This document shows positions 1 to 12,587 of a DNA stretch of 53,703 nucleotides, in pieces (positions within the stretch are counted from its first letter, which is position 1; the number at the start of each line of letters is the position of its first letter). Source of the DNA: a virus (Duplodnaviria; Heunggongvirae; Uroviricota; Caudoviricetes); the IMG/VR virus record IMGVR_UViG_2526164595_000015, positions 1 to 53,703 of that record; one strand, given 5' to 3'. Both the position numbers and the translations under genes were made by a program. The notes under the pieces are model-generated. The model worked only from the letters and a program-made list of their open reading frames with translations, had not been told where the DNA came from and made no database searches.

Positions 1-1284
1 TTACAGACTTCTGGAAGGTTGCACAGCTCTTACAACACGCGGTTGATCTTCCGCAGCGTCTTCCAGCGCACTTAAATCACGGTCTTTCACTTCTGGCATT
101 TTCAGCGCAGAGATTAAACCAATCACTGAATATGCCATGATCATAATGGCGATCGGATACCAGGATTCCGTCATGGTGCAGAAAATACCCGCCAGGATAG
201 GACCAAAACCGGAAGCGATAAGACCACCAATTTCTTTAGAAATGGCCATCCGGGTAAAGCGGTTTTTACAGCCGAACATTTCTGCCATGGTAATGTTTTC
301 CAGAGCAAATAATCCCAGCACCGCACAGTTATGAATCACAATCAGTGCAACCATAATGGTGCTCGGGGCATAGCTTTTATCTACAATGATAGAAAGCATT
401 GGCCATGCCAGCACAATCGCGGAGGTATTCATAATAATATACGGGATCCGGCGACCAATTTTATCGGATAACCAACCAAGGAACGGAATGGTCATAAAGC
501 CGAGAATCGAACTAATCATCAATGCATCTGTTGGAATTGCTTTGTTAAACAATAACGTCTGCACTAAATAGCCTGCAAGGAAAGTCTGAATTAACCCGGA
601 GTTACCCGCCTGACCAAAACGCAGCCCTGTTGCCAGCCAGAAGGATTTGCTCTGGAACATGCTACCAGCAGGTGCAGGTTTTGCTGTGGGTTGGTTGCTG
701 TCATTAACCTTCTCAAAGACCGGGCTTTCTTTCAGATTCATACGTAACCAGATAGCAAAGACCATCACGACAACGCTCGCCAGGAACGGTATACGCCATC
801 CCCACGCCAGCAGTTCCTCTTTACTGAGAATGAAGAACATAAAGGCCCAGATTGCCGTTGCGCTCAAGGTTCCGCAGTTAGTTCCCATAGCTACAAATGA
901 GGAGATAATTCCGCGCTTACCTTTTGGTGCATATTCCGCCAGCATCGTACCGGCACCGGAAATTTCCGCACCTGCACCCAACCCCTGAATAATACGCAGC
1001 GTCACCAGCAAGATGGGGGCAAAAACACCAATCTGTGCATAGGTCGGTAACACACCAATTAAGGTGGTACAGATCCCCATCATGGTGATGGTAATAAAGA
1101 GCACTTTTTTACGCCCTATTCTGTCGCCCATTTTGCCGAAAATAAATGCTCCGACAATACGCGCCACATAACCTGCACCGTAGGTTCCCATTGCCAAAAT
1201 TAACGCCATTGCCGTTGATGATTCAGGAAAAAATATTTCATGAAACACTAACGCTGCGCCGAGCGAATATAACTGGAAATCCAT
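1..1284 (-). CDS. ydfJ: MFS-family metabolite:H+ symporter (host gene flanking the prophage)
   Basis: 427-aa ORF with multiple hydrophobic helices and MFS-like motifs (GKMGDRIGRKK, RIPF); ATG at 1284. Symbol from memory of the K-12 Qin flank, not verified. Confidence 0.8.
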   Translation of the reverse strand: MDFQLYSLGAALVFHEIFFPESSTAMALILAMGTYGAGYVARIVGAFIFGKMGDRIGRKKVLFITITMMGICTTLIGVLPTYAQIGVFAPILLVTLRIIQGLGAGAEISGAGTMLAEYAPKGKRGIISSFVAMGTNCGTLSATAIWAFMFFILSKEELLAWGWRIPFLASVVVMVFAIWLRMNLKESPVFEKVNDSNQPTAKPAPAGSMFQSKSFWLATGLRFGQAGNSGLIQTFLAGYLVQTLLFNKAIPTDALMISSILGFMTIPFLGWLSDKIGRRIPYIIMNTSAIVLAWPMLSIIVDKSYAPSTIMVALIVIHNCAVLGLFALENITMAEMFGCKNRFTRMAISKEIGGLIASGFGPILAGIFCTMTESWYPIAIMIMAYSVIGLISALKMPEVKDRDLSALEDAAEDQPRVVRAVQPSRSL

Positions 1285-1528
1285 AATTCACAGATGTTTT
1301 TTCTCATTCTGTGGTTTCCTTGGCGCTTTCTAGGTTTTTTCAGATAGTTACATTTTTTCAAAAGCATCCTGAGTTCGATCTTACTATCTATCTGTGGCCT
1401 ATTTCTGTCCCATATATGCCCCAAAAAACACCCCAACAGATAAGCAGTCTTTTCATGGTGTTACGCGTAAAAAGAATAACGGCTTGAAATTATTCAATAC
1501 ACTCTCGAAAGTGCATCAGCCAACCGCA

Positions 1529-1561
1529 GAACGTTATTGCATACAACGTTTCTGCGGCATA
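1529..1561. repeat. 12-bp perfect inverted repeat (ccgcagaacgtt-N9-aacgttctgcgg)
   Basis: Read directly from sequence; no flanking T-run on either strand, so not a classic terminator. Confidence 0.5.
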
Positions 1562-2000
1562 TCACGAAACGATTACTTAATGACTGGGACTTCAGACCAC
1601 TCAATATCCGGTACAATTATGTATCAACGCAGTTTAACAACACCCTATATTTAATCCAGAGTGCGAGCAACGTTGTCCCTTTCTCTTTTGCACTCTTAAA
1701 ATATACGATTACTTAAGTGAAGATGCTTGACGAATCACCAAATAAAACATCTTCATCAGCATAAAAATCCATATATGATTGAAAATTTAGTCATTAATAC
1801 CATTCATATCTGAATACTGACCTAATACGCTTACTAACCGTGAGAAATCTTTTTTTTCGACTTAATCACTCGAAATAAACTTTTACTCAATTGAAAACAA
1901 TTAGCTACAATTATCATTGCAATATCAAATCAAACATAACAACTTGCATAAATTCTCATGGGATACAGCATCAGTTGTGCCAAACACATAAGGAATTGAA

Positions 2001-2198
2001 ATGAACGGAGAAAGCTTTAACTTTGATGACAATGATATTGAATTTATTGCTTCAATGTATGCATCATGTAAATTATCAGGAAGTATCGCCCCCATAATGC
2101 ATATAATAGTTAGCATTCCAAGAAATAAGAAAAAACAATTCTACGAACGAGTTGAGCATTATTGTAGTTTATATTCCAATAAAAACCCACCTTCTTAA
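2001..2198 (+). CDS. hypothetical small protein (possible moron) in AT-rich spacer
   Basis: 65-aa ORF with AAGGAA 6 nt upstream of ATG; no recognisable family. Confidence 0.3.
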   Translation: MNGESFNFDDNDIEFIASMYASCKLSGSIAPIMHIIVSIPRNKKKQFYERVEHYCSLYSNKNPPS

Positions 2199-2292
2199 AT
2201 TCGCTGCATTCTAGTGGATTCCATTAAGAAAACAATGACATACACTCAAACACATCTTTTTTATCAACAGTGAATTTCAGTTCGGCCAGTTT

Positions 2293-2481
2293 TTACCAGC
2301 TATTATAAAAATAGCATCCATATAAAGTTTTCACCCCACAGGTACAGCTGGCCATTCGATATCCGGCACTAAGGAAGTGCCAACACGACATCAGCAAGAC
2401 CCGATATTTCTTCCATGCCGCCAGCAACGATGTTAGGGTTAAATTAATTATAAAAAATATAATATAATTCCATCTTCGCAT
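2293..2481 (-). pseudogene. remnant 3' end of a second tail-fibre-assembly (tfa) gene
   Basis: About 2339..2425 is ~80% identical at DNA level to the 3' end of intact tfa (3027..3117); translated fragment retains [12 protein letters not shown] then diverges. Confidence 0.5.
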
Positions 2482-3016
2482 TAAATTTTAACCTTTAATC
2501 TCCACACGGAACAAGTTGCATAGGTGACTATATTAAGAAAACTTATAACCACCAAAACATTTGCTTTGCAAGCAAATACAGTGACCATTGACTCTAAGAA
2601 AATTCCGATCTATTGTTAGGGTCATCAAAGTTACTTAACAGTATTCCGAAATGAAAATACAAAGCAAGCTAATTGTCTTATTAAACATTATCATTGCATT
2701 TATATTATTTGAGCTTTTAGCTCAAAAATTTGGTTTGAGTACATTATTTTAAAGCAAGATAAACAATATCGGGCACTCTAGTTTTTATAATTAACAATTA
2801 AACGTCCATAAAATGTTATTTACTTTTCTTCGCTATTGTCATATCTTAATATAGTGGCTTACGCCACTCTACTTTCATCACATTTTGTACGTTTATGTAC
2901 TCGCCATGAAGCTCTTTCATGGCGATTTTTTATTCTTAATCCAAGAACATACTCTCTACCTATAGCAAAATCACTTTTTGAGCAAAGAATAACGTATTTA
3001 GGTAATCATTACGAAT

Positions 3017-3598
3017 TTACCCTATAGGTGCTACTGGCCATTCAATATCCGGTGCAGTTGTTGTATTAACACGGTTCAGCAACACCCGATACTTCTTCCA
3101 TGCTTCCAGCAACGAGTTTTCTTCCTCCGTTGCGATCTCCAGATCTACAGCATCCTGAAGTGGCGCTATATGCTCACTGGCTACCTGCATCAGGCTGTTT
3201 TTTGTTTCTTCCGCCTCCCGGATCCGGAACAGTTTTTCTGCTTCCGTATCCTTCACCCAGGCTGTGCCGTTCCACTTCTGAAACTCCCCTTCCGGGGATA
3301 ACCAGGTAACATTTTCCGGTAACGGACCGAGTTCAGAAATAAATAACGCGTCCCCTGACGCTACGTCATAAACCGTTTTACCCCGATGGTCTTCAACGAG
3401 ATGCCACGATGCCTCATCACTGTTGAAAACAGCCACAAAGCCAGCCGGAATATCTGGCGGTGCAATATAGGTACTGTTTGCTGGCAGACCTGTATGAGGC
3501 GGAATATATGCGTCACCTTCACCAATAAATTCATTAGTTCCGGTCAGCAGATTATAAATTTTTATGGTCCGAGGTTGTTCACTCATTCTGAATGCCAT
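3017..3598 (-). CDS. tfa: tail fibre assembly protein
   Basis: 193 aa; C-terminus [13 protein letters not shown]...PDIEWP typical of lambda/Rac/Qin Tfa; start overlaps stf stop (TAATG). Confidence 0.9.
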   Translation of the reverse strand: MAFRMSEQPRTIKIYNLLTGTNEFIGEGDAYIPPHTGLPANSTYIAPPDIPAGFVAVFNSDEASWHLVEDHRGKTVYDVASGDALFISELGPLPENVTWLSPEGEFQKWNGTAWVKDTEAEKLFRIREAEETKNSLMQVASEHIAPLQDAVDLEIATEEENSLLEAWKKYRVLLNRVNTTTAPDIEWPVAPIG

Positions 3599-6500
3599 TA
3601 TGCAAGCCTCACAATATAGTTAAATGCGATGTTTTTGACGGTGTTTTCCGCGTTACCCGCAGCGTTAACGGTGATGGTATGTCCATGTGAACCAATCGCA
3701 ACGGAGTGCGTATGAGCACCAATACCGACAGTATGCGCGTGTGCACCTGCAGATGCTGCTGTGCCGGACAGTGAGTGGCTATGATTACCATCTGTACTGG
3801 TATTCGCTAACCACCCCGTAGACATACCTACTGAGCCTTGTACACCCCAGGTATTTTGACCTGAGCTTGTATAACCATATTGATAAGTATCTTTAAAAAC
3901 ACTGGGGTTAAATCGACGGCCATCTCTATGGCTGTGATTACCAGCTGCATTCGTGCTGCCACTTAAACTATGGGTATGCGCACCAGTGTTATTCGTGGAT
4001 TTAGTGCCGTAATCAAACGACGATGTGGTTTTCGTCCCCAAATCCGTACTGGATGCGCTGGCGCTGTGGGTATGCGATTTAATGCCGTCCTGTTCCTGAG
4101 ACAATACGGCCCGACCACTGGCAGGTTTGCCCTTAATCGTCCAGCCACGCATATCAGGGATCACACCTGACGGATAAGCGGCTGCAAGTTTCGGGTAAGC
4201 AGATTTGTCAAAAGTCTGTCCCTGCATCAGGGCATAACCAGACGGAACGGTATCTGATGGCCACGGGATTGGTGCACCGACTGGGTAGCTTTCTGGTGGA
4301 AGATTTTTCGAGGTATAAACTTCTGCCCAGTCTTCCTCAAAACCATAACCGTCTCTTGAAGAACGGTAGAACAGACCACCATTTCTGTAATGCGCCTTCA
4401 TCTGCAAGGTCCGGCAACTTCCGACTCCGGTATAGAAGTTAACCAGAATATAGCTGTTGCCAGAGCGGGTGACATTGTAAGCGCCTGATTCGGCATTCCA
4501 GGGAACGCCACCATCCGCATCGGCATATGTATCCGTTGCCCTTCTGGCAAAAGCAGCCACATGCGCGGCGGTTAAAGTAATATCTTTGGAACCATCAAAC
4601 TCAACACCAGAAACCAGTCTTGGCGTTTGCAGCTTTGTTGCTGTCAATGCGTTACCGTTCAGACTTGCAGACAGTTTGGTTCCAATAACCAGTTCGCCGG
4701 TTGCGTTATCAATAACAAACGGTCTTAATGTATTCCAGCCACCATAAACATCACCTTGATTGGTAAGCAGCAGGTAAGTTTTAGCGCCATCATTACGCCA
4801 TAATGCACCATACTCCCCACCTATCATTCGAATCTGATTACCACCACGCGCTACAATTTCGTCTGTGGCAAAAAGTTTTTTGCACGACAAGTTATCGTTA
4901 ACGATTAACGAATGAGACTCATAAAAACCACGCCCACTCTTAAAATCAAGGATAACGTCCGCCGCGATACATTCAGTCGCCGGATTTGTTGCCCCAAACT
5001 TATAGGTCGTATCATTAACAACGAGATCAGCACCAGGTGCGGATATTGACAGGCCATCTTCGAGAAACGCAAAAACAGGGAAAGCAGCGCCATCAACATA
5101 GAACACAGAGCGCAAATCATCGCCCTTATTACTCATCATTATTGAGTGGATGGCTCGTTCATTGTTTTGATATTGCCAGAACATGCCATAAGCATAACGC
5201 CCCCTGTCAGTCCAGCCACCAGGCATAACAAATCCGTTAAACTCGCAGTTATTCATCGGATCGCCTGCGATTCGCGTTGCCGTGGTGATAATGACCCTTG
5301 ATGCCAGTTCGCTTACTGAGCCAGCAGAACGCATAACAACAACAGGGTAATATTTTCCAGATGTTGCACCTGCAGGAGCGTTAACCCGCACATAACGCAT
5401 ACCACGCTTATCAGCAAAGTCTGTTTTACTGACCGCGTTAATGTTGTTCAGGAAGCGTCCCTTATCGGGTATATCAGCGCCGTTCTGGTCTTTCTGCAGA
5501 CGTTTCTCAGCATTGTCATTGGCTGCTTTTACTGCCTTTGGCGTTGCCGCCAGCGTTTCAGACGTGCTATTAGTCGCACTACTGAGCTGTACTATCCCCT
5601 TTTTCGTCGTGCTCGCATCCTCAAGCGCCACGGCGGATGCAATATCCTCTGCACGTTTTGCCGCTGTCTCGGCGCGCGTTGCCGCGGATTCCGCCGTACT
5701 TTTGCTCTGTGCTGCCGCCGTCGCACTGCCAGCAGCCTCTGTCGCCTTCGTGGATGCTGTCGTGGCGCTGCCCTTCGCTGCGGACGCTTGTCTGGTCGCC
5801 TCATCTTTTGAAGCAGACGCCGATGATGCCGATGACGCCGCCGAACTGGCGGACGATGCGGCAGCCGTTTTTGAGGATTCTGCGCTGGTCTCCGACGCTT
5901 TCGCGTTCGTCTCCGATGTCTTCGCTGCGGAAGCAGACCTCGCTGCTGCACTGGCCTGTTCAGTGGCTTCGCCAGCCTTCGTTGTGGCTGTTGAAGCGGA
6001 CGATGCGGCGCTTTCTGCCGATTTTCCGGCGGCGCTAGCACTGGCTGAGGCCTGCCCGGCACTTGTTGACGCTGCACTGGCAGACGACGCAGCCGCTGTT
6101 TTTGAGCCTGCTGCTGCGGAGGCACTCTGTGCTGCTGCCGTTTCAGAGGACTTAGCGTTTGTCTCAGACGTCTTTGCCGCCTTCGCGGAATTTCCTGCCG
6201 CCGTTGCCGAGGAAGCGGCATTACTGGCGCTCGAGGCTGCGCTCGTTTCTGATAATTTTGCCGCCTCTTTTGAAGCCGACGCATCCCGGGCTGAGGTGGC
6301 TGCTTCTGACGCTTTCGTGGTCGCGGTGGATGCAGAAGTGGCAGCTGATTGTTGTGACGCTGCCGCATTCGTTTCTGACGTTTTCGCCGCACCGGCACTG
6401 GTGGCCGCCGCGCTTTTTGAGGACTCTGCAGCGGCAGCACTTTTTGATGCTTCAGTGGCCTTTGCTGATGCCGTTCCTGCGCTGGAAGACGCAGACTGAG

Positions 6501-6996
6501 CCGACGAAGCGGCCTGTCCGGCTGACGTGCTGGCTGCTCGTGCTGAGCCTGCAGCATCAGTCGCACGGGTTGCCGCCTCACGGGCTGATGTGCTGGCATC
6601 GCTGGCTGATTTCTTCGCGGCTGCCGTGTTCTGTGCCACCGCGGACGCGTTACGCGCCACCTCTTCCACCATCAGTTCAAAGCGGCGCAGTGCCTCAGGA
6701 CGGGCATCATCCTCCGTCATGGCACCGAGAAAATCATTCAGCGTACCGGGTCGGGAATCTTCATACACGGTGATGGTCCCGGCATGTGACGGCGGGAATC
6801 CTTCCACCAACAGAATAACGCTGTACTGACCGTACTCAACGTCCATGCTGTAACGCCCGGCTTCATCCGGATTTTCTGAGGCCAGCGTGTTCACCACCAC
6901 CGTGGTGCTGTTACGTTTTGCTTTCAGCTGGATTGTGCAGTTCTGTACCGGTTTTCCTGTGCCGTCTTTCAGTACACCTGAAATCTTTACTGCCAT
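3598..6996 (-). CDS. stf: side tail fibre protein
   Basis: ~1130 aa; conserved lambda-Stf-like N-terminus ([20 protein letters not shown]...), long Ala/Ser/Thr-rich repeat shaft, His-rich HxH C-terminal tip. Start taken at MAVKISG (ORF track begins 2 codons upstream). Confidence 0.9.
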   Translation of the reverse strand: MAVKISGVLKDGTGKPVQNCTIQLKAKRNSTTVVVNTLASENPDEAGRYSMDVEYGQYSVILLVEGFPPSHAGTITVYEDSRPGTLNDFLGAMTEDDARPEALRRFELMVEEVARNASAVAQNTAAAKKSASDASTSAREAATRATDAAGSARAASTSAGQAASSAQSASSSAGTASAKATEASKSAAAAESSKSAAATSAGAAKTSETNAAASQQSAATSASTATTKASEAATSARDASASKEAAKLSETSAASSASNAASSATAAGNSAKAAKTSETNAKSSETAAAQSASAAAGSKTAAASSASAASTSAGQASASASAAGKSAESAASSASTATTKAGEATEQASAAARSASAAKTSETNAKASETSAESSKTAAASSASSAASSASSASASKDEATRQASAAKGSATTASTKATEAAGSATAAAQSKSTAESAATRAETAAKRAEDIASAVALEDASTTKKGIVQLSSATNSTSETLAATPKAVKAANDNAEKRLQKDQNGADIPDKGRFLNNINAVSKTDFADKRGMRYVRVNAPAGATSGKYYPVVVMRSAGSVSELASRVIITTATRIAGDPMNNCEFNGFVMPGGWTDRGRYAYGMFWQYQNNERAIHSIMMSNKGDDLRSVFYVDGAAFPVFAFLEDGLSISAPGADLVVNDTTYKFGATNPATECIAADVILDFKSGRGFYESHSLIVNDNLSCKKLFATDEIVARGGNQIRMIGGEYGALWRNDGAKTYLLLTNQGDVYGGWNTLRPFVIDNATGELVIGTKLSASLNGNALTATKLQTPRLVSGVEFDGSKDITLTAAHVAAFARRATDTYADADGGVPWNAESGAYNVTRSGNSYILVNFYTGVGSCRTLQMKAHYRNGGLFYRSSRDGYGFEEDWAEVYTSKNLPPESYPVGAPIPWPSDTVPSGYALMQGQTFDKSAYPKLAAAYPSGVIPDMRGWTIKGKPASGRAVLSQEQDGIKSHTHSASASSTDLGTKTTSSFDYGTKSTNNTGAHTHSLSGSTNAAGNHSHRDGRRFNPSVFKDTYQYGYTSSGQNTWGVQGSVGMSTGWLANTSTDGNHSHSLSGTAASAGAHAHTVGIGAHTHSVAIGSHGHTITVNAAGNAENTVKNIAFNYIVRLA

Positions 6997-7014
6997 ATTC
7001 ACCCCACAAAAAAA

Positions 7015-7044
7015 GCCCGCCTGAACCGGCGGGCTGTCATAACA
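7015..7044 (-). terminator. rho-independent terminator downstream of lom
   Basis: gcccgcc-tgaacc-ggcgggc stem followed by a T-run on the minus strand. Confidence 0.6.
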
Positions 7045-7061
7045 CTGTGTTACCTGGCTAA

Positions 7062-7661
7062 TCAGAATTTATAACCGACACCCACGATGAAACCGTCAGT
7101 GCGCCAGTCGCCACTGCCGGAGCCTTCATAAGCAATATCAATGGCCACGGATTCGGTCGGGTTAAACTGCACGCCAGCTCCCCACGCCAGAGACGTGTTG
7201 CTGTGGCGACCGTCATCACTTCCGGTCAGCACATCGTGCGTTTTCCCCTTGTTGTCAGTTACGCGAAGATAATCCCCGGAGAAAGTCGACACACGGCTGT
7301 AAGCCACACCCGCCATCGCATACGCGCTGAACCATTCATTCACGCGCACAGACGGCCCCGCCATTACGCTGAACCAGCGGTTACGAACGGAATCTTCATG
7401 CCAGCGGGTATCGCTGTAACGGGTCAGCTGGCGATTCTTGTCTCCTGCATAGCTGAATGACGTCACCAGCCCCAGTGTGTCCGTAAACTCATAACGGTAT
7501 TTCACGTTAATCCCGTTCAGATCATCACTGCCGGGGACGTTCGTCGAGGCATGAAGATACCCCGCGCTCAGCGTGGACTGATGTTCAGACGCCCATGCAG
7601 GCGCACCGGATACGGCCAGACAAATGGCTGCGGACAAAATTGCTGCACAAACTTTACGCAT
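7062..7661 (-). CDS. lom: Lom/Ail-family outer-membrane beta-barrel protein
   Basis: 199 aa, signal peptide, C-terminal aromatic residue (…GVGYKF); lambda position between J and stf. Confidence 0.9.
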   Translation of the reverse strand: MRKVCAAILSAAICLAVSGAPAWASEHQSTLSAGYLHASTNVPGSDDLNGINVKYRYEFTDTLGLVTSFSYAGDKNRQLTRYSDTRWHEDSVRNRWFSVMAGPSVRVNEWFSAYAMAGVAYSRVSTFSGDYLRVTDNKGKTHDVLTGSDDGRHSNTSLAWGAGVQFNPTESVAIDIAYEGSGSGDWRTDGFIVGVGYKF

Positions 7662-7683
7662 AATTACCTCTCGCTTTTCTGCA

Positions 7684-7710
7684 ATAAAAAAGGCGTCATT
7701 CCTGACGCCC
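7684..7710 (-). terminator. rho-independent terminator downstream of J
   Basis: ggcgtca-ttcc-tgacgcc hairpin followed by a T-run on the minus strand. Confidence 0.6.
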
Positions 7711-7731
7711 TTTATTGGGGTTATAAATATT

Positions 7732-10700
7732 TCAACGAATACTGATGCCGGAAGCGGCTTTTTTGGTCACAATCACCGTACAGTCGGTGATATTGCCTGC
7801 CCCCTGATTGCCTTTCTGGAAAATCTTAAACTCCAGAGTGACGCTTCCCCTGCCACTCGGCATATCAATAACTGCACTGTAACTACCGGGAATGGCCCCT
7901 TTAGTTTCTCTGGATGCGATTAATACGCCGTTTTTGCGAACTTCAAAACCATAACCCGTGTATCGCGTGCCTCCTGGGTTATTTCCGCTCCCCGGATCGT
8001 CATACGCTATACCGTTAAAAATAATGGGCGGAATAATAATCTGGCGGTCAAAGTTATGATCATCGCTGATGGTGACTGTAACCGTACCGTTTGGTGTTTC
8101 CGTGTTACCCCACGTACCGACTTTTTTCGGGAAGGCTTTTGATACAGCTTTAACGAAATCTCCTCTGACCTGGGTCGCCTCCAGCATGCCCTTAATCGTA
8201 CAGTTCTGGTTAATCGTGACATTGTTGAGCGTTCCTGAGTTCGCATTCACACTGCCACTGATATCCGCATTTTTCGCCGTCAGTCTCCCGTCTGATGTCA
8301 GGGAAAATGCCGGAGGATTACCGCCGCTGGTAATGGTGGGGGCCGTCAGGCGTTTCAGGAACACTTCATTCATGAATATCTGATCGCCCTGACCAACAAA
8401 CATCGGCTTTGTGTTGCCATTCGCAGGATTAATCATCGCAATCCTGTCTGCTGCCAGCAGCACCTGACTCTGCATGCCGTCAGGGGTGTTCTCAATACCG
8501 GCACCGATACCCGCAATATAAAGGCGTCCGTCCTGCATCTGCTGCAGCTTCACTGCCCACATGCTGTTCAGGTTATTATTTGTATCAACCTGAACCTTCT
8601 GTATCTGCTGGATCGCTGCACTCTGGTCTTCCAGTTTCTTATTGACGGTCTGTGTTATTTCATTGCTGACATCCGTTATGGACGTCCTGATTTCAGTCAG
8701 GTCAGGCGCAAGCTGACCGTTATCAATCTGCGTCCACAGCTCCTGAGCCAGATGGGTTTTCCCTATCTCGCCTTTGAAAAAATCCAGATAGCCTGATGCA
8801 TCATCACTCGGCTGACCGACAGCCTCCACGAATGCCGATTTGCCAACGGTGTTCACACTGCGAACGTAAAAATAATAATCATGGCCCGGTTTGATATTGA
8901 TACTGGCGGCTATCCAGTACAGTGCCGTACCAAGATAACGCGCGCTGGTTTCAACCTGCCTGATATCCGCAATCCGTTTTTCCGAGAACCAGAACTCAAA
9001 CTGTACCGTCGGGTCATAAACCGCAAGATGCGGCGTGGCGGTTATCTGAAAATAGCCCGGCGTCAGCTCAATCCGCGACGGCGCTGCCGGTGCGGCAATC
9101 CGGAACGATACCGACGCCGGATCGCCCTGCTGCCCCCACGCATTTACTGCCCGGACTGTCAGCCTGTAGTTCCCCAGAGCCAGTTGTGTGAAGCGGTAAG
9201 TGGTTTCCGTCGTCCGGGCCGTGCTGACCAGCCGCTCACGGCCGTCATCCGCTGCCACGGTCAGGCGAAGCAGGAAGCTCACGCCCTTCACCACCTTCGG
9301 CGTGTCCCAGCGGGCCAGCACCTGGTATTCCCCGCTGTCTGCGGTGACTTCTGCGGTCAGGTGCTGCACCGCTGGCGGCGTGACACCATTTACCGTGCCG
9401 CTCTGGTCGCCGTCAAAGTGCGCCCCGTTATCCACGATGGCCTCTTTTTCCGGTACATGCTGCACGGCGGTGATGGCATACGTGCCGTCATCGTTCTCAC
9501 GGATACTCACACAGCGGAACAGGCGCTGACGCAACGTCGGCAGCTTCAGCCCCCACACACTGTATTCTGCAACGCCGTCAGGAACCCGGTTCACTTTCAC
9601 CTTAAGTCCGTCGGTGACGGACTGAACCTCCACGCTGACCGGATTACCACTTCCGTCAACCAGGCTTATCAGCGTGGTACCGGAGGATGGCAGCGTGATT
9701 TCACGGTCGAGCGTCAGCGTCCGGGTCTGGCTGTTCACCGCCAGCACGCGACCACCGGTGCTGATACCGGCATAGTCATCATCGCAGATTTCAATGACAT
9801 CGCCCGGTACATGGCGAAGCCCTTCAGCACCCACGCTGAAATCCACGGTCTGCGTCTCCAGCAGTTCCGTTTTAATCAGCCACAGCCCGGCGCGGTGTGC
9901 CTGCCCCCGGCTGGTACAGCCAAAGGCATCCATCTTCGTGACATTACGACCGTAACGGGCAATGGCCTGCGTATCTTCAACAAGCTCTGTCGCCGTCTCC
10001 CAGCCGTTGTTCGGGTCAATCCAGTTCACCTCAACGGCATTATGGCGGTCCTTCAGGGCGCTGAAGCTGTAGCGGAACGGCGCGCCATCATCCGGCATCA
10101 CCACATTACTGCGGTTATAGGTCCACACCTTATCTGATGGTCGGTCCTGCACGAACGTCAGCGTCTGCCCGTTCCATACCGGCATACAGCGCATCGCCGA
10201 GCAGAAATCACTGAGCACATCCCACGCCTTGCGCTGTGTGGTCAGGTACGCATTACAGGTGATGCGCGGCTCCGTGCCGCCAAAACCGTCCGGCACCGAC
10301 TGGTCGCAATACTGGCCGATGACATACAGCGCCCATTTATCCACATCCGCCGCACCAAGACGTTTCCCCATGCCGTAGCGCGGGTGGGTCAGCATATCCC
10401 ACAGACACCAGGCCGGGTTGTTGCTGTATGCCGGCTTAAACGTTCCGTCCCAGATACCGCTGTATTGCCGCGTCTGCGGGTTATAGCTCGACGGCACCTG
10501 CAGAATGCGCCCGCGCAGATGATAATTACGGCTCACCTGCTGGCTGCCGAACTGCTCCGAATCCACCTGCACGCCGACCAGTGCCGTGTTCGGGTAGCAC
10601 TGTTTCACATCGATGATTTCGGTGTATGACGACCAGAGCGTTTTGTTCTGCAGCTGGTCTGTGGTGCTGTCCGGCGTCATCCTGCGCATCCGTATATTGA

Positions 10701-11229
10701 ACGGGCGCGGCGGCAGGTTACCCACCACCACCGAGGCCAGATACTGCGAGGTGGTTTTGCCCTTAATGGTGATGTCTTTTTCCGTCACCCAGCCACCATT
10801 ACGTTGTATCTGAACCAGCAGGCGAACTTCCGACGGATTCCTGTCCCCCTTTGAGGTGGTTTCCACCAGTGCCTGCACACCGAAGGTAAAGCGCAGACGG
10901 TCAATGTTTGCCGACGTGATGGTCCGGGTGATCGGCGTGTCGTATTTCACTTCCGTACCCAGTACCGTCTCGGAACCTGATGATTCAAATCCCTCCGGCG
11001 GTGTCTGTTCCTGCTCACCTGCCCGGAACACCACCGTGACACCAGAGATGTTAGTATTCCCCTCACTGTCCAGCACCGGTGTACTGTTCAGCAGCACGCT
11101 TTTTAATCCATCCACCGGACCTTCAACCGGCCCTTCGCTGATGGCATCGATCACACTCAGCAACTGCGTGGACTTCAGGTTGTCCTTTGCTTCGCGCGGG
11201 GTATGCCCCTTACTGCTGCCTTTACCCAT
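7732..11229 (-). CDS. J: tail tip / host-specificity protein J
   Basis: 1165 aa; N-terminus [22 protein letters not shown] typical of lambda gpJ; position after I. Confidence 0.95.
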   Translation of the reverse strand: MGKGSSKGHTPREAKDNLKSTQLLSVIDAISEGPVEGPVDGLKSVLLNSTPVLDSEGNTNISGVTVVFRAGEQEQTPPEGFESSGSETVLGTEVKYDTPITRTITSANIDRLRFTFGVQALVETTSKGDRNPSEVRLLVQIQRNGGWVTEKDITIKGKTTSQYLASVVVGNLPPRPFNIRMRRMTPDSTTDQLQNKTLWSSYTEIIDVKQCYPNTALVGVQVDSEQFGSQQVSRNYHLRGRILQVPSSYNPQTRQYSGIWDGTFKPAYSNNPAWCLWDMLTHPRYGMGKRLGAADVDKWALYVIGQYCDQSVPDGFGGTEPRITCNAYLTTQRKAWDVLSDFCSAMRCMPVWNGQTLTFVQDRPSDKVWTYNRSNVVMPDDGAPFRYSFSALKDRHNAVEVNWIDPNNGWETATELVEDTQAIARYGRNVTKMDAFGCTSRGQAHRAGLWLIKTELLETQTVDFSVGAEGLRHVPGDVIEICDDDYAGISTGGRVLAVNSQTRTLTLDREITLPSSGTTLISLVDGSGNPVSVEVQSVTDGLKVKVNRVPDGVAEYSVWGLKLPTLRQRLFRCVSIRENDDGTYAITAVQHVPEKEAIVDNGAHFDGDQSGTVNGVTPPAVQHLTAEVTADSGEYQVLARWDTPKVVKGVSFLLRLTVAADDGRERLVSTARTTETTYRFTQLALGNYRLTVRAVNAWGQQGDPASVSFRIAAPAAPSRIELTPGYFQITATPHLAVYDPTVQFEFWFSEKRIADIRQVETSARYLGTALYWIAASINIKPGHDYYFYVRSVNTVGKSAFVEAVGQPSDDASGYLDFFKGEIGKTHLAQELWTQIDNGQLAPDLTEIRTSITDVSNEITQTVNKKLEDQSAAIQQIQKVQVDTNNNLNSMWAVKLQQMQDGRLYIAGIGAGIENTPDGMQSQVLLAADRIAMINPANGNTKPMFVGQGDQIFMNEVFLKRLTAPTITSGGNPPAFSLTSDGRLTAKNADISGSVNANSGTLNNVTINQNCTIKGMLEATQVRGDFVKAVSKAFPKKVGTWGNTETPNGTVTVTISDDHNFDRQIIIPPIIFNGIAYDDPGSGNNPGGTRYTGYGFEVRKNGVLIASRETKGAIPGSYSAVIDMPSGRGSVTLEFKIFQKGNQGAGNITDCTVIVTKKAASGISIR

Positions 11230-11289
11230 TCCTCACGCTCCATAAACGACAAAACCGCCCGGAGGCGGTTTCACATAAAACATTTTGCA

Positions 11290-11937
11290 TCAGCGACCAA
11301 TCACCACAACCTGACCACCATCCCCTTCGTCTGCCGTGCTGATCTCCTGAGAAACCACACGTGACCCCACGCGCATTTCACCGTACAGAACAGGCAGAAC
11401 ATTGCCCTGGGCAACCATGTTATCCAGTGAGGAGAAATAGGTGTTCTGTTTGCCGTTATCTGTACTGGCTGCCGTGGGCGTCCTGGCTTTCGGTGCCAGC
11501 ATCTGCGCCACTCCGCCCAGGATCATACTGGCCCCTGCCGCATACATGCCCGATACAGCCGCGGCCCCCAGCCAGCCCACAGGGTTCCACCATGCCACCG
11601 CAATCAGCGCCGCCCCAAGCACCACCTGAAACACACCGCCACTTTTAGCTCCCGCCAGACGCGGCACGATGTGGATCACGGCACCATTTGCCAGCGGCTC
11701 ATTAAGACGGGCAGATAATTCATTTTCGCCTGCATCACGCCCGGCAATGCGCACCTGATACCAGCCCTCATTCAGTTTCTGACGAAACACCGGGAGCTGT
11801 GTGGCCAGTGCCCGGATGGCTTCAGCCCCCGTTTTCACACGAAGGTCGATACGGCGACCAAATCGTTGCAAATCCCCGTAAAGGCAGATGCGTGCCATGC
11901 CCGGTGACGCCAGAGGGAGTGTGTGCGTCGCTGCCAT
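11290..11937 (-). CDS. I: tail assembly protein I
   Basis: 215 aa; lambda gpI-like N- and C-termini; overlaps K as in lambda. Confidence 0.9.
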   Translation of the reverse strand: MAATHTLPLASPGMARICLYGDLQRFGRRIDLRVKTGAEAIRALATQLPVFRQKLNEGWYQVRIAGRDAGENELSARLNEPLANGAVIHIVPRLAGAKSGGVFQVVLGAALIAVAWWNPVGWLGAAAVSGMYAAGASMILGGVAQMLAPKARTPTAASTDNGKQNTYFSSLDNMVAQGNVLPVLYGEMRVGSRVVSQEISTADEGDGGQVVVIGR

Positions 11938-12587
11938 TTGTCGGTGTACCTCTCTCGTTTACTCAGTTGTTCAGGAATATGGTGCAGCAGCTCGCCGTCG
12001 CCACAGTAAATGGCGGCATGATTCGGCACCGATGAACCAAAACAGCACAGCAGCACGTCGCCAGGCTGCGCCTCTGTCAGTGGGACACGGTAAAAACCCG
12101 TTGCCTCCATATTGTCAAGATAGAGATTCTGGCCGTGACGCCACCAGTCATCCCCGCGATGCAAATCCGGCATCTCAATTCCCGCCAGATGGTAAGCGTC
12201 CCGGAACAGCGTGTAACAGTCCGTCACCCCGTGCTCAAAGCGCCGCCCGGTGAGATGCGGCACACAGCGGAATTTATGAATCGCCCCCCGGCAGACCAGC
12301 CACCACGGCAAATCACTCTGCACCTGCAGCCGCCGGTCGGCCTCACTCAGCCAGGGCAGACCACCGGGGTGGCTGTGGACCAGCGCCACAATCTCTCCCT
12401 GCATTTCTGCACTCAGCCAGTCCTCCGGCGACATCCGGAAATACGCCTCCGGCTCACCAGAGATATTCACGCAGGGAAAATATCTTTCCCCCTCCGGCGC
12501 TCTCACCACGAAGCCGCACGACTCCGCTGGCGCACATCGCCGGGCATGCGCCAGAATCGCTGATTCTGTCTCAGTCATGGGATTCAC
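11835..12587 (-). CDS. K: tail assembly protein K (NlpC/P60 + MPN/JAB-like)
   Basis: 250 aa with HSHP and Cys/His motifs of lambda gpK; ATGA overlap with L stop. Confidence 0.9.
   Translation of the reverse strand: MNPMTETESAILAHARRCAPAESCGFVVRAPEGERYFPCVNISGEPEAYFRMSPEDWLSAEMQGEIVALVHSHPGGLPWLSEADRRLQVQSDLPWWLVCRGAIHKFRCVPHLTGRRFEHGVTDCYTLFRDAYHLAGIEMPDLHRGDDWWRHGQNLYLDNMEATGFYRVPLTEAQPGDVLLCCFGSSVPNHAAIYCGDGELLHHIPEQLSKRERYTDKWQRRTHSLWRHRAWHASAFTGICNDLVAVSTFV

Noticed and set aside
5441-6773. Long ORFs on both strands (352, 335, 204 aa) inside the stf repeat region
   Set aside because: Low-complexity Ala-rich or Arg/Pro/Gln-rich translations of alternative frames of the repetitive stf shaft; no start signals.
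3100-7000. Possible CRISPR array or other non-coding tandem repeat
   Set aside because: The only periodic repeats are the in-frame coding repeats of stf; no short direct repeats with unique spacers anywhere in the window.
8881-10137. 418-aa plus-strand ORF antisense to J
   Set aside because: Lies entirely within the well-supported J gene on the opposite strand; Arg/Cys/His-rich composition typical of a GC-rich antisense frame.
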